Below, in pieces: positions 23,093-37,638 of a stretch of 64,000 bases of DNA; position 1 is the first letter of the stretch; the number at the start of each line of letters is the position of its first letter. The stretch is taken from positions 29,822,001 through 29,886,000 of the forward strand of contig CATNEN010000038.1 of assembly GCA_950097015.1 (NCBI GenBank), in the 5' to 3' direction. Source of the stretch: Macrostomum hystrix (taxonomy: Eukaryota > Animalia > Platyhelminthes). The position numbers were made by a program, and so were the translations under genes. The notes under the pieces are model-generated. The model saw only the letters and a program-made list of their open reading frames with translations, ran no database searches and was not told the origin of the DNA.

Positions 23093-24099
23093 AGAAAGTG
23101 TCAGAAAATACTTAAATTAGTTGATCGTAAGCACTGAATTGACAATGATTTCAAAGTAATCAACTTTTAAGCTAAGCAATGGATGCATGCACCTACGTTT
23201 TCTCGAGCTTTATATTTTCCAATCAGTTTCTTTCAGTAATGCCTCTGTTGTCGCTCGCATCAATGCAGATACAGATAATATGTGCGTCCTCTTGTGTCCT
23301 TATGTATTGCCTAATAAAAGGGTGCATGATGAGTTCTAGTGAATGAGCGGATGGCCAGGCAGTCAGCACGAGAAGGGATTTAATGAAAGGACGAAACAGC
23401 CGAAATTGCAAGGACTAAAAGTGCATGTACCGATACAAAATTAATAATTCTTATACATGTAGTGCAAGAAAATCTAGCCACCTTACTGGAGAATAAATTG
23501 ATTAAATTAATATTAACTAATTCCACCAGACGGCCAAAAATCCCACCCTGAGAAGTTACCGAGTAAAAAAAATCCTAAAATTACTACATTCTGCCGATTG
23601 GTAAAGAAAAGAACTGTGTTTTATGTCCCTATTTATTTTAACTAACCTGCATCGTTGTCAAAAAATGATGCACATCTTAAAAACGAAACATTCCTTTCCT
23701 AATGTTTGCTAATCAAATTATTTTTGTACTTCTGCGATTTATTTTTATCAAAAAAACAAACTAACTAACCAAGAAGGAATTCATATTTTTCTATGTCGCG
23801 TTCGGAAGTTCAATTTTTGCCGTTTGGCCAACAGCTAAAAAATGTTATTTTTTCAGACCAATAGTGAAATTAATATTTTATATCTCCATGCCTCAAAGAC
23901 ATAGACTAGCACTCACAATGCAATACAAAAAGTATAAAAAAAGACTGATGAAAAAAGTAGCCTTTTAAAATCGATGCTAAATATTTTGTGTCACTCATGA
24001 TAAAAATCTGAAATATATTGAATTGTTTCGCTTCGCTCAGGATTGTGGATCTCAGAGCAATGCTCTTATTTTAACACTTGAGCTGCACAGGGGACACAG

Positions 24100-25270
24100 C
24101 TGAAGGATTGCCAGAATGGAAAGAGTGCCAGATCTGAAGGAGTGCTAGAACTGAAAGAGTGCCAGATTTGAAGGAGTGCCAGATCTGAAGGAGTGCCAGG
24201 CCTGAAGGAGTGCCAGGCCTGAAGGAGTGCCAGGCCTGAAGGAGTGCCAGATCTGAAGGAGTGTTAGATCTAAAGGAGTGCCAGACCTGAAGGAGTGCCA
24301 GATCTGAAACAGTGCCAGATCTGAAGGAGTGCTAGAACTGAAAGAGTGCCAGATCTGAAGGAGTGCCAGATCTGAAGGAGTGTTAGATCTAAAGGAGTGC
24401 CAGACCTGAAGGAGTGCCAGATCTGAAAGAGTGCCAGATCTGAAGGAGTGCTAGAACTGAAAGAGTGCCAGATTTGAAGGAGTGCCAGATCTGAAGGAGT
24501 GCTAGAACTGAAAGAGTGCCAGATTTGAAGGAGTGCCAGATCTGAAGGAGTGCCAGGCCTGAAGGAGTGCCAGGCCTGAAGGAGTGCCAGGCCTGAAGGA
24601 GTGCCAGATCTGAAGGAGTGTTAGATCTAAAGGAGTGCCAGACCTGAAGGAGTGCCAGATCTGAAACAGTGCCAGATCTGAAGGAGTGCTAGAACTGAAA
24701 GAGTGCCAGATCTGAAGGAGTGCCAGATCTGAAGGAGTGTTAGATCTAAAGGAGTGCCAGACCTGAAGGAGTGCCAGATCTGAAAGAGTGCCAGATCTGA
24801 AGGAGTGCTAGAACTGAAAGAGTGCCAGATTTGAAGGAGTGCCAGATCTGAAGGAGTGCCAGGCCTGAAGGAGTGCCAGGCCTGAAGGAGTGCCAGGCCT
24901 GAAGGAGTGCCAGGCCTGAAGGAGTGCCAGATCTGAAGGAGTGTTAGATCTAAAGGAGTGCCAGACCTGAAGGAGTGCCAGATCTGAAACAGTGCCAGAT
25001 CTGAAGGAGTGCTAGAACTGAAAGAGTGCCAGATCTGAAGGAGTGCCAGATCTGAAGGAGTGTTAGATCTAAAGGAGTGCCAGACCTGAAGGAGTGCCAG
25101 ATCTGAAACAGTGCCAGATCTGAAGGAGTGCTAGAACTGAAAGAGTGCCAGATCTGAAGGAGTGCCAGATCTGAAGGAGTGCCAGACCTGAAGGAGTGCC
25201 AAAATGGAAGGAGTGCCAGAACTGAAGAGGTGCCAGATCTGAAGGAGTGCCAGAATGGCCAGAGTGCCTG
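24100..25270. repeat. 17-bp minisatellite (ctgaaggagtgccagat) with higher-order blocks
   Basis: Variant order recurs at ~357 and ~306 bp offsets. Confidence 0.95.
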
Positions 25271-25631
25271 AAAAAAGTTCATATTGCACTAGCGCTGAGG
25301 TGTAAACAAATTAAAACTAGGATATTTTTTGGATTGTACACAATCTAGGGGTCACCAAATTAGGATTCGATGAAATAGAGTTACATGCCAATTTGATCTA
25401 GTTCGAGGTTGTTAATGCAGCAGATTATAATTCCCGCTCAATCGTGTGTCAAATTTTGGCATTGAGAACACTAGCCTTTAACTTATCAACTAAATTAGAG
25501 GTTGTAATACTTGCATCTACCTGGACATGCCTGGAATGATTTGTCACTAACGAATCAGTGCAGAATCAGAAAACAAAGATTAAACGTTGAAAACTACCTA
25601 ACTTATCCTGGCATCCTACAGACCCTTACAA

Positions 25632-28600
25632 CCTGTTAGACAATGGCTCAATGAATCTGATTGGAAGCATGTTAGACAATGGCTCAATGAATCTGATTGG
25701 AAGCCTGTTAGACAATGGCTCAATGAATCTGATTGGAAGCCTGTTAGACAATGGCTCAATGAATCTGATTGGAAGCCTGTTAGACAATGGCTCAATGAAT
25801 CTGATTGATAGCCTGTTAGACAATGGCTCAATGAATCTGATTGGAAGCCTGTTAGACAGTGGCTCAATGAATCTGATTGGAAGCCTGTTAGACAATGGCT
25901 CAATGAATCTGATTGGAAGCCTGTTAGACAATGGCTCAATGAATCTGATTGGAAGCCTGTTAGACAATGGCTCAATGAATCTGATGGGAAGCCTGTTAGA
26001 CAATGGCTCAATGAATCTGATTGAAAGCCTGTTAGACAATGGCTCAATGAATCTGATTGGAAGCCTGTTAGACAATGGCTCAATGAATCTGATGGGAAGC
26101 CTGTTAGACAATGGCTCAATGAACCTGATTGAAAGCCTGTTAGACAATGGCTCAATGAATCTGATTGGAAGCCTGTTAGACAATGGCTCAATGAATCTGA
26201 TTGGAAGCCTGTTAGACAATGGCTCAATGAATCTGATTGGAAGCCTGTTAGACAATGGCTCAATGAACCTGATTGAAAGCCTGTTAGACAATGGCTCAAT
26301 GAATCTGATTGGAAGCCTGTTAGACAATGGCTCAATGAATCTGATGGGAAGCCTGTTAGACAATGGCTCAATGAACCTGATTGAAAGCCTGTTAGACAAT
26401 GGCTCAATGAATCTGATTGGAAGCCTGTTAGACAATGGCTCAATGAATCTGATTGGAAGCATGTTAGACAATGGCTCAATGAATCTGATTGGAAGCCTGT
26501 TAGACAATGGCTCAATGAATCTGATTGATAGCCTGTTAGACAATGGCTCAATGAATCTGATTGGAAGCCTGTTAGACAATGGCTCAATGAATCTGATTGG
26601 AAGCCTGTTAGACAATGGCTCAATGAATCTGATTGAAAGCCTGTTAGACAATGGCTCAATGAATCTGATTGGAAGCATGTTAGACAATGGCTCAATGAAT
26701 CTGATTGAAAGCCTGTTAGACAATGGCTCAATGAATCTGATTGAAAGCCTGTTAGACAATGGCTCAATGAATCTGATTGGAAGCCTGTTAGACAATGGCT
26801 CAATGAATCTGATTGAAAGCCTGTTAGACAATGGCTCAATGAATCTGGTTGATAGCCTGTTAGACAATGGCTCAATGAATCTGATTGGAAGCCTGTTAGA
26901 CAATGGCTCAATGAATCTGATTGATAGCCTGTTAGACAATGGCTCAATGAACCTGATTGAAAGCCTGTTAGACAGTGGCTCAATGAATCGGATTGGAAGC
27001 CTGTTAGACAATGGCTCAATGAATCTGATTGGAAGCCTGTTAGACAATGGCTCAATGAATCTGATTGGAAGCCTGTTAGACAATGGCTCAATGAATCTGA
27101 TTGAAAGCCTGTTAGACAATGGCTCAATGAATCCGATTGATAGCCTGTTAGACAATGGCTCAATGAATCTGATTGATAGCCTGTTAGACAGTGGCTCAAT
27201 GAATCCGATTGATAGCCTGTTAGACAGTGGCTCAATGAATCCGATTGATAGCCTGTTAGACAATGGCTCAATGAATCTGATTGATAGCCTGTTAGACAAT
27301 GGCTCAATGAATCCGATTGATAGCCTGTTAGACAGTGGCTCAATGAATCCGATTGATAGCCTGTTAGACAATGGCTCAATGAATCTGATTGGAAGCCTGT
27401 TAGACAATGGCTCAATGAATCTGATTGAAAGCCTGTTAGACAATGGCTCAATGAATCCGATTGATAGCCTGTTAGACAGTGGCTCAATGAATCCGATTGA
27501 TAGCCTGTTAGACAGTGGCTCAATGAATCCGATTGATAGCCTGTTAGACAATGGCTCAATGAATCTGATTGATAGCCTGTTAGACAATGGCTCAATGAAT
27601 CCGATTGATAGCCTGTTAGACAGTGGCTCAATGAATCCGATTGATAGCCTGTTAGACAATGGCTCAATGAATCTGATTGATAGCCTGTTAGACAGTGGCT
27701 CAATGAATCCGATTGATAGCCTGTTAGACAATGGCTCAATGAATCTGATTGATAGCCTGTTAGACAATGGCTCAATGAATCTGATTGATAGCCTGTTAGA
27801 CAATGGCTCAATGAATCTGATTGGAAGCCTGTTAGACAATGGCTCAATGAATCTGATTGATAGCCTGTTAGACAATGGCTCAATGAATCTGATTGAAAGC
27901 CTGTTAGACAATGGCTCAATGAATCTGATTGAAAGCCTGTTAGACAATGGCTCAATGAATCTGATGGGAAGCCTGTTAGACAATGGCTCAATGAATCTGA
28001 TTGGAAGCCTGTTAGACAATGGCTCAATGAATCTGATTGAAAGCCTGTTAGACAGTGGCTCAATGAATCTGATTGGAAGCCTGTTAGACAGTGGCTCAAT
28101 GAATCTGATTGATAGCCAGTTAGACAATGGCTCAATGAATCTGATTGGAAGCCTGTTAGACAATGGCTCAATGAATCTGATTGATAGCCTGTTAGACAAT
28201 GGCTCAATGAATCTGATTGATAGCCTGTTAGACAATGGCTCAATGAATCTGATTGATAGCCTGTTAGACAATGGCTCAATGAATCTGATTGAAAGCCTGT
28301 TAGACAATGGCTCAATGAATCTGATTGGAAGCCTGTTAGACAATGGCTCAATGAATCTGATGGGAAGCCTGTTAGACAATGGCTCAATGAATCTGATTGG
28401 AAGCCTGTTAGACAATGGCTCAATGAATCTGATTGGAAGCCTGTTAGACAATGGCTCAATGAATCTGATTGATAGCCTGTTAGACAATGGCTCAATGAAT
28501 CTGATTGAAAGCCTGTTAGACAATGGCTCAATGAATCTGATTGGAAGCCTGTTAGACAATGGCTCAATGAATCTGATTGGAAGCCTGTTAGACAATGGCT

Positions 28601-29072
28601 CAATGAATCTGATTGAAAGCCTGTTAGACAATGGCTCAATGAATCTGATTGATAGCCTGTTAGACAATGGCTCAATGAATCTGATTGGAAGCCTGTTAGA
28701 CAATGGCTCAATGAATCTGATTGATAGCCTGTTAGACAATGGCTCAATGAATCTGATTGAAAGCCTGTTAGACAATGGCTCAATGAATCTGATTGAAAGC
28801 CTGTTAGACAATGGCTCAATGAATCTGATTGGAAGCCTGTTAGACAATGGCTCAATGAATCTGATTGGAAGCCTGTTAGACAATGGCTCAATGAATCTGA
28901 TTGATAGCCTGTTAGACAATGGCTCAATGAATCTGATTGGAAGCCTGTTAGACAATGGCTCAATGAATCTGATTGATAGCCTGTTAGACAATGGCTCAAT
29001 GAATCTGATTGGAAGCCTGTTAGACAATGGCTCAATGAATCTGATTGATAGTCAGTTAAACTATGGCTCATT
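25632..29072. repeat. 36-bp minisatellite (cctgttagacaatggctcaatgaatctgattggaag), ~95 copies
   Basis: Homogeneous array; explains the three >1,100-aa ORFs. Confidence 0.97.
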
Positions 29073-29429
29073 TATCAGTTTAAAGTTATTGGTAAAAAAT
29101 ACACGAATTACTTGTTAAACTACGTAGTAATTTCATACACCGAAGGTAAAACATTGCTAGCTGCAATGGTTAACTTTTTTTATTTAAAACTTTAGTTTCT
29201 TTTTATAAAAAAACTTATAAAATTTATTTGGACTATGTTCTAATACGTAAATTACAAATCACTTACGGTCAAGAAGGCTAAGCCAAGCCTAGAGTCAAAA
29301 TGAATATTTTTTTAACAAAGCTGAAACTATTAATAGTTACATTTTATTATAACTAGAAGGCAATTTTCATGTTTAAAAACATCTCTTACTGTTTTTATGC
29401 AGTAGTAAGGAGAGATTTGTCAAGTTGGA

Positions 29430-30290
29430 ACGGAGTGACAGAAAATACGGAGCGATAGAATAGACGGAGTGAAAGAAAAGACAGTGTAAGAAGAGGCGGA
29501 GTGACAGAACAGACGGAGTGACAGAAGAGACAGAGTGAGTCGGAGTGACTAAAGAGATGGAGTGACAGAACAGACAAAGTGAGTGACAGAAGAGACGGAG
29601 TGACAGAAGAGACGGAGTGACAGAAGAGACGGAGTGACAGAACAGACAGAGTGAGTGACAGAAGAGACGGAGTGACAGAACAGACGGAGTGACAGAAGAG
29701 ACGGAGTGACAGAAGAGACAGAATGACTAAAGAGACGGAGTGACAGAACAGACAGAGTGAGTGACAGAAGAGACGGAGTGAGTCGGAGTGACTAAAGAGA
29801 TGGAGTGACAGAACAGACAAAGTGAGTGACAGAAGAGACGGAGTGACAGAAGAGACGGAGTGACAGAAGAGACGGAGTGACAGAACAGACAGAGTGAGTG
29901 ACAGAAGAGACGGAGTGACAGAACAGACGGAGTGACAGAAGAGACGGAGTGACAGAAGAGACAGAATGACTAAAGAGACGGAGTGACAGAACAGACAGAG
30001 TGAGTGACAGAAGAGACGGAGTGACAGAAGAGACGGAGTGACAGAACAGACAGAGTGAGTGACAGAAGAGACGGAGTGACAGAAGAGACGGAGTGACAGA
30101 ACAGACAGAGTGAGTGACAGAAGAGACGGAGTGACAGAAGAGACGGAGTGACAGAAGAGACGGAGTGACAGAAGAGACGGAGTGACAGAAGAGACGGAGT
30201 GACAGAAGAGACGGAGTGACAGAAGAGACGGAGTGACAGAAGAGACGGAGTGACAGAAGAGACGGAGTGACAGAAGAGACGGAGTGACGG
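29430..30290. repeat. 17-bp minisatellite (gagtgacagaagagacg)
   Basis: Tandem array just downstream of the NAA38 stop. Confidence 0.95.
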
Positions 30291-30340
30291 GGAGAGTGAG
30301 TGCCAGAAAGCAGGTGCTCAGTTGTGTCTGGTGGTATCAA

Positions 30341-30760
30341 CTAACAGGGGGCAACATCATCATCGCACGAATCCAGAAGTTTAGCTTGAGCAGCCAAATC
30401 GTCAGCTAGACGGGACACTGACTGAGGCGCCAACTCCAGTTCGATGCATTGCAACTTGTCCCCGGGGATCATCGACAGGCCGAGTGCTCGACAATCGCGC
30501 GAGTCGGCTAGACAGGCGTCAAGATTGTGATACTCGAGGCAGCCGGCTAATATAATATTTGACTGCCGGTCTGTGCAAGCGAAACTGCCAATCAGCACTC
30601 GGCCATCGACCATTGTGCAGCGAAGTGTTTGGCCGAGGCAGTCGTTAAGGAATTGAAGGGATTCGCGACGCTCTGTGGAGGAATGCGAATCGTCCAGGGG
30701 CGAAGCTAAATCAGTAGAAGACGCAGCATCAGCAGCATTGTTGTCAGATTCTTTGATCAT
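30341..30760 (-). CDS. NAA38: NatC auxiliary subunit NAA38 (LSMD1), Sm-fold protein, 139 aa
   Basis: LGQTLRCTMVDGRVLIGSFACTDRQSNIILAG...RALGLSMIPG matches the LSMD1 Sm1/Sm2 pattern. True ATG at 30760 after a ttttttcag acceptor at 30781; candidate 5' UTR exon donor (gtgagt) near 33186. Confidence 0.85.
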   Translation of the reverse strand: MIKESDNNAADAASSTDLASPLDDSHSSTERRESLQFLNDCLGQTLRCTMVDGRVLIGSFACTDRQSNIILAGCLEYHNLDACLADSRDCRALGLSMIPGDKLQCIELELAPQSVSRLADDLAAQAKLLDSCDDDVAPC

Positions 30761-30906
30761 TGCATTTGGCTCTATGGATTCTGAAAAAAAAATTGCTGCT
30801 GTAGCTACAACTGCAGCAGGGCTCAAAGCAAATATACACAAGTGTAAAAACAATGTGAAGTTACATCTTAAAGCTAGATAAAAATATTGAAATGTAGTTT
30901 AAATAG

Positions 30907-31431
30907 CAGTAGTACTTCCAAGCAATTGTGCTGCTTGTTGTTTACCTAAGGGGGATTTTTTGGCAGCACCTGAATGCTAACAGCATTGGGTGGTGAGTGA
31001 CTGATTGGTTGACAGACTAGGCGAGGGTGTCCTGTGTTTGAGCTGCGCCTAATATTTTGGCTTGATCAGTGAAATTGGAGAAATTCGCGTCAGGGTGTCC
31101 ATAGTGGCCTAGTTCTACCTGCTGTAGCCATTGAAGGTCCAGCAGTTCGTCTTGATAAAGGTAGGTGACCACCAAATACAGAGATAATGCAAGCACATTC
31201 TTGTGGCATGCAGATAAATTTTTAGGGCCTGGCAATTTTGAAGGCCTGGCAAGGAAAAATCCAACCTTTGACCAGAACCATTGACTATTAAGACTTGATT
31301 GTTATCTCAGAAGATGTGCAACAAAAAGCTTGCCCCTGTGTTCTTGAGTTTTGTGCGCTTGCATTGTTTCATTTGGGTGCAGCACAAAAATTGTCAAGGA
31401 GGAATTTCCCCCCCCCTTGGTAAATCTACTG
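30907..31431 (-). mobile_element. MITE family (CAGTAG TIR), degenerate copy
   Basis: TIRs cagtagtacttccaa / ttggtaaatctactg; interior shared with the 36576 and 44691 copies. Confidence 0.7.
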
Positions 31432-34400
31432 TCAAGTAACTAAGCCAAGTATTTCAGTTCATTAAGCTAAAAAATGGGTGCCATTATAAGCAAGAGTATA
31501 TTGTTTTACAAAGCAGTTAGTACAGTTGTGCACAGCACAAAAAGATTTAGTGATTTGGTTCCCAAAAGTGTCTTGCTTTCATCTGTAGTCTATGGTCCAA
31601 AATGGCTAGTCCTTCAGCCTTTACTGTTCCTCAAAGCAGATATGCCCATCCTTATGACATATTATGCATACTTTGTTCTTCATTCCCTCACGTTGCCTGT
31701 GGCCTTAAAGTTTGTACTATTAAATACACACACACTTAAATGCCCCATTGGCATTAGCACTTATTTGACTGCAATCATGCTAAAAAAGTAAATGTATAAT
31801 TTCTTTCTCTTTTAGACAGCTAGGGTCTATATTTCTCATTTCTTATCAAACTCTTATTTAAACTACTTAGAAGCAAAGATTAATAGCTCATGTTGGCTCT
31901 TGTTTTTGACTGCATTCCAATCTTCTCATGGATAAATTTATGTGTATGTGAGATTTAGCAGTATTTTACTTAGCATATCTAGGCTCATAAAGATCAATGA
32001 GCTTAGGTAAAAAGTAAAAACAAAATAGCAAAAGCTATCCATAATACATTAAGCTAGATTAGTAGATTGTCAAGCTTCCAGTATTGGATAAGCTAGCTAA
32101 TTTAAATATAAAAATGTGTTAAGAGCAAATCTGATCCATTTTAAAGCTATAATTAAATTTCTTAAAATATTAAAATAATTACATTTACATTTAGCTCAAA
32201 CTAAGCCAAGTTAAGCATAATATAAGAAATCATTTTAGCTGAAATGATAGATTAACTGGTAACTATAGTTCCTTAGAGTTTCAAGAAATTCAATCCAAGT
32301 CATGTGCCTAAAGAGAAAGACAAAAAATATTGACTTTTGATTGCTGATAGGGCAATTTTTCGAATAAAAAATGTAGCTATTAGGCCCTAGGCCTATTTGC
32401 TAATAAAACATAGGAAGTTGAATACTATAGTAAGATATAATTAAGATATAATTAAGATAATGTGCAGAGTATTAGTAAGCATTAAGTAACACAACCAGAT
32501 TAATTTCTTATTTTGACTAGGGCCTATCATTATGAGAACCACATTGAGGAGTACACTATCGTCACCTCTTCCTAGAGATTAGATTTGGGGCCATCCTCTA
32601 CTGGATCCGCCACCTAATATTGTGTTTTACTATAACTAAATAACAACTTGACTTAATAATTAGCTTACGCTACATTAAACTTAGTTAGCACTCTGCGCGC
32701 TATGCCGATATCTTCGTGTTCAAAAGAGCAAAACCCCATTAAAATAGGCCTAATTACGCGAGGATTCGAGGAAATCTAGAAAATTGTCTGCATAGTGAAT
32801 AGCTACAAAATAAATGGCTGCATCGTAAGTTTTAGTACTTGCAGTCATATATATGATTCAAACATTGATACGCATTACGTATGATCGGGCACAAATCAGC
32901 TTGAAATACATTAGCTACTTAAAGCAGTATAAGGTTTAAAATGTCTGCATGCATGCACGCACCCTGCAAAAATGAGTGCAGTTCTATGAAATTATGAGAT
33001 TAAATTGGTGCAAGAAACACATAACAAAAACAGCTCAGCAGCTCAATGTATATTTTTTAAAAGTAACGCGAATACGTTCCAGACATTTACACATACAGAC
33101 TAAAAAGATTTAGTCTAAAAGGATAGGTTTTAGACTAAAAACGCACATAACTTAAAATTTGTAGAAAAGTCCGGCATAGAACTCACCTGAATCCTGGGCT
33201 CACATACGAGCTGTTGTGAACATTTCGGTCGAGGTTTTACTATCTTTAGCCAAATGCTCAATGTAATTGAAGAAAGCAATAGAATGCAATACCATTTTTT
33301 GCTTTCAGTAATGAAGCCTTAATTAAGCCTTAAGCCTTAACTTTATAAGAAATTAGGTAACATCGTTTACAAAGGAAGCACATTCAAACAGCTTGATTTG
33401 ATCGCTTCCTTATTTTTAGTGGAATTGTTTACTACTAATAAACAGTTTATACTGATTGAATTTATGAATGCACGTAATTTAAAAGCTTTTTTGTTCCGCA
33501 TTATTATTAACATCCAATTCAACAGTTTAGATGAGTTTTTAAAGATCATAGAGAACCGCGGAAAAAATTATCACGAAATGTGGGTCTATGTATGATACCC
33601 ATTGCCAAAAATTTACCCCATGTCACCAGACCTGCTTTTGTACTGAGAACTCTAGTGATAAAAAATAGTTGAATAGCTAGCCAAATATCTAAACTGTCTT
33701 ATGTCTTTGATTATACACTCAGGCAGGAGCTAAAAACACAGGCACTTTCCCCGAGGGTTCCAAAGTTCAGTTTGCTGCAAAAACAGCTGACCGAGTCTAA
33801 AGAGCGAAAAATACTGGTTTGTGCCTGCACGCGTCATGCAGACACTAGCGCAGTCCAAGAGTCCATAACCAGAAAGTGTAGGAACAGAAAGCTATCGAAT
33901 GTTAAAATGTTACTAACGAAAACAGAAAATGCTCATTCGTCATGATCTATGATTATTTGTCATGATCTTAGATCAATTGTCATGATTTATGATTATCTAC
34001 ATCGCATCGATACGTTTAATGAAAACAAAAACATAAAATTTAAATGAATATTCATAGTTAAAGCAGATGCTTCCGTGCCAGAAAGCAGGAAAAAACTAGG
34101 ACGTCATTTAATTTTATTTTCAACTCAAGGCGATGTACAAGTTTAAACTAGAAGTCTACAGCAAGCAAAGATTTGCAAGAAAATAATAGATACTCGATGC
34201 ATGGCTTGCAGTCTATTTGTCGCAGATAAGATAAGCATTTGAATGCGATTAAACAAATATATTTCCTTTTCGCAGTGATTTTTGTTGCTTGATCAAAAAT
34301 TGTGCAGTGGAGATCTAGCAACAAAATTCAGGTTTAAGAGTCCGATAAAAATAATAAAACTGAATGATTAAAGTTAAACAAAGGTGCCGGTGTTTCCCAA

Positions 34401-35084
34401 AACAGTGTTGATTTGTAAAACGTGTAAAAATTTAACAAGAAATGTGCATTTCTTCACAGAATAAATGGACCGATAACTGATAATTGAAAAAAGTATTAAA
34501 AAACACCTGCGACTAAAGCTAAATACATAACGAAATGTTTCTAGAGAAAGAAATTTTGAAGTATTTTCCTTAAAAGTTTGTTATGTTTAAATAACAATAT
34601 TATATTATAACGTTTAATATGACAATTTAAAACAAATTAGAAATAAAAAACGCAAGCTGTCACTCACTCACAAGTTAATTAGATTTATTAGGCGTAACGT
34701 ATTTGATTATGAGCAAATTTATGCAAAGTTTTGATAATTCGGTTTCACATTGACTTTTAATCTGAAGCTGAAAGAAAATTGATAACAAGTGTTGTATTAA
34801 TGCTTCTTGTAAGTAATACAAAAACGTTTGTTTCATCTGTTATAGAAATTAGGAGGTAAAAGTTACAAAACCATAACAAGACCAGACGGAATAACATTCC
34901 ATAACAAATTCGGCAAAAAATCTTAAATAGAAAAACTACCTTTATAACAAAAACTGTGAAAACGATATAACTATAACCCAATTATCCATTGCAAGTCGGT
35001 AAAACAACTAACCAAGGAAACAGAAATTAAAGTGAAAAATTACGGTAAAATTAAGATTAAATCACTAGTGTGAGATATTCTATA

Positions 35085-35895
35085 ACACTCGCGTCAGATA
35101 TTCGAAAACACTCGTGTCAAATGTTCCAAAACACTCGTGTCAGATGCTCCAAAACACTCGTGTCAGATATTCTAAAACACTCGTGTCAGATGTTCCAAAA
35201 CACTCGTGTCAGATATTCTAAAACACTCGTGTCAGATGTTCCAAAACACTCGTGTCAGATGCTCCAAACACTCGTGTCAGATATTCTAAAACACTCGTGT
35301 CAGGTATTCTAAAACACTCGTGTCAGGTATTCTAAAACACTCGTGTCAGGTATTCTAAAACACTCGTGTCAGATATTCTAAAACACTCGTGTCAGGTATT
35401 CGAAAACACTCGTGTCAAATGTTCCAAAACACTCGTGTTAGATGCTCCAAAACACTCGTGTCAGATATTCTAAAACACTCGTGTCAGATGTTCCAAAACA
35501 CTCGTGTCAGATATTCTAAAACACTCGTGTCAGATGTTCCAAAACACTCGTGTCAGATGCTCCAAACACTCGTGTCAGATATTCTAAAACACTCGTGTCA
35601 GGTATTCTAAAACACTCGTGTCAGGTATTCTAAAACACTCGTGTCAGGTATTCTAAAACACTCGTGTCAGATATTCTAAAACACTCGTGTCAGATGCTCC
35701 AAACACTCGTGTCAGATATTCTAAAACACTCGTGTCAGGTATTCTAAAACACTCGTGTCAGGTATTCTAAAACACTCGTGTCAGGTATTCTAAAACACTC
35801 GTGTCAGATATTCTAAAACACTCGTGTCAGGTATTCTAAAACACTCGTGTCAGATATTCTAAAACACTCGTGTCAGGTATTCTAAAACACTCACA
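35085..35895. repeat. 23-bp minisatellite (aaaacactcgtgtcagatattct)
   Basis: Tandem array just downstream of the PEDS1 stop. Confidence 0.95.
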
Positions 35896-35960
35896 TCAGC
35901 TGACATAACAAGAACATTTTAGGCCGCACAGCATTACAAAATCCAGTTTGCTCAGTGTGA

Positions 35961-37638
35961 TCACTCGCGCTTACTGGCCCATTTCATATCGTCGCTGCGC
36001 GGTTTAGCTCCAGTGAGGCGTTCAATCCAGATCTCTAACTTGGACCAGAAACCAATGAGCTCTAGAGGATAGTTTAGCCAGCCGGTGGTAATACAGAAAT
36101 AAGTTTCGTGAGGCGCCACATGGTGAATACGATGATGCCGCTTAGGTAGGATGATGTGCATAGCCTGAAGGCTGTTGATGTACCAGGGCAGGCCGAAATA
36201 GGTGTGCGACCATTTGTGAAACTGGTTAGTTAGGCTGACAAAGATAATCAGCATGTATAGGTAGGCTAGCCAATTGTACTCGGCTTTGATGACAGCGGCA
36301 TCGGCAGAAATTAATCTAGCGGCCATGTAGGCTAGGAAGGGCACGCAGACAGCAAAATTGTCACCGTTGGTTTCGATAAAGTCGTGCCTGCGATTTTTTG
36401 GCATCAAAAACAGCTGTACTAGTGTGTTATGCGATTATGAAGAAATCAAATAGATTTTTATTTTGTATTTTATTGCAAATGACTTCCACAGGCTGTGTAT
36501 AGCAGAGTTAAAGTCTTTAAACTAATTGATATAAATTATTCAAGTGGAGTCGGGAATCGAACACCCGACCTTTAAGAGTAGGATTACCAAGCCATTTTGC
36601 TGCCCGTTTTTATACCTAGGTAAATGGGAAATTCCCTGAATTTGAAAAATATTTGGCAGCGCCTGACTGCTAAAAGCGTTGGGTGGTGACTGATTGGTTG
36701 ACAGACTAGACGATAGTGTACTGTGGTTTTGCTTGATCAGTGACATTGGAGAAATTCACGTCACGGTGTTCCTGGTGGCCTATTTCCACCAGGCCACCTG
36801 GTGGCCTATTTTTGTTGTAGCCCTCTTGAAGGTCCAGCAGTCCGTCTAGATAAAGGCAGGTGACCACCGAAGACGGAGATGATGCAGGCACATTCAGGGG
36901 ACATGCTGATAAATTTTGAAGGCCTGACAAGGCCGCACTGAGGCGCAGTGCTAATTCGTGTATAGAGGTGTATAAAATACACTAGCGCCAGAATCATTGA
37001 ATATCTCGACCGCCTGAAGAACTGGCGACTAGATTCTTGTTTCAAAAAATGCGCAACAAAAATTTGGCCCCTGCTCTTGAGTTTCGTGTGCTTGCATTGC
37101 TCCGTTCGGGTGCAGCACAAAAAATTTTCAGGGCCCCCATAATTCGTGAATCAATGTAATCAATAGGCTACAATCCCTAAAAACAAACATTTTTCGTTAA
37201 CAATCGATCACCAACATACCTAGTGATAGAGGTTGGATCAATGTGATGCTCCCTGAATGGTCGGAGGAAGGCCTTGCCAATGATTGGCATTTCAACCGAG
37301 CCCCAAGTGTCCGCGCCCCAGTGCACCAAGCCGGAGAAGAAGTCGGCAGTTAAAATGCCAAGCAAAGCGCCGAAAAGAACGCCAAGCCAATTGGACGGAT
37401 TGAAATGAGTCACTAGACAGGCGCCGTTGAATAGAATCAGGCAGACAGCGGCAGATAGGCAAAGAGTCTCCTGGATTCGCTTAGCTGGTGTGTAGCCAGC
37501 CGCAAGTTCCTTGGCACCGGCGTGCTGGGAGCCCCAACGCGGAGCAGATTCAGTCTGTTCAACTCGGCTAAGACTATTCCCATTGGGATCTTCTTCGAAC
37601 ATTGAGTGCTCAATGATGGCTGTTTTGTCTTTAGTCAT
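35961..37638 (-). CDS. PEDS1: Plasmanylethanolamine desaturase PEDS1/TMEM189 (Kua), 281 aa; exons 37220-37638 and 35961-36387
   Basis: His motifs [68 protein letters not shown]; phase-2 GT-AG intron. Confidence 0.95.
36576..37137 (-). mobile_element. MITE family copy in the PEDS1 intron
   Basis: Starts after TTAA within a SINE-B head fragment (36545-36575); interior near-identical (reverse) to 44691-45269. Confidence 0.7.
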
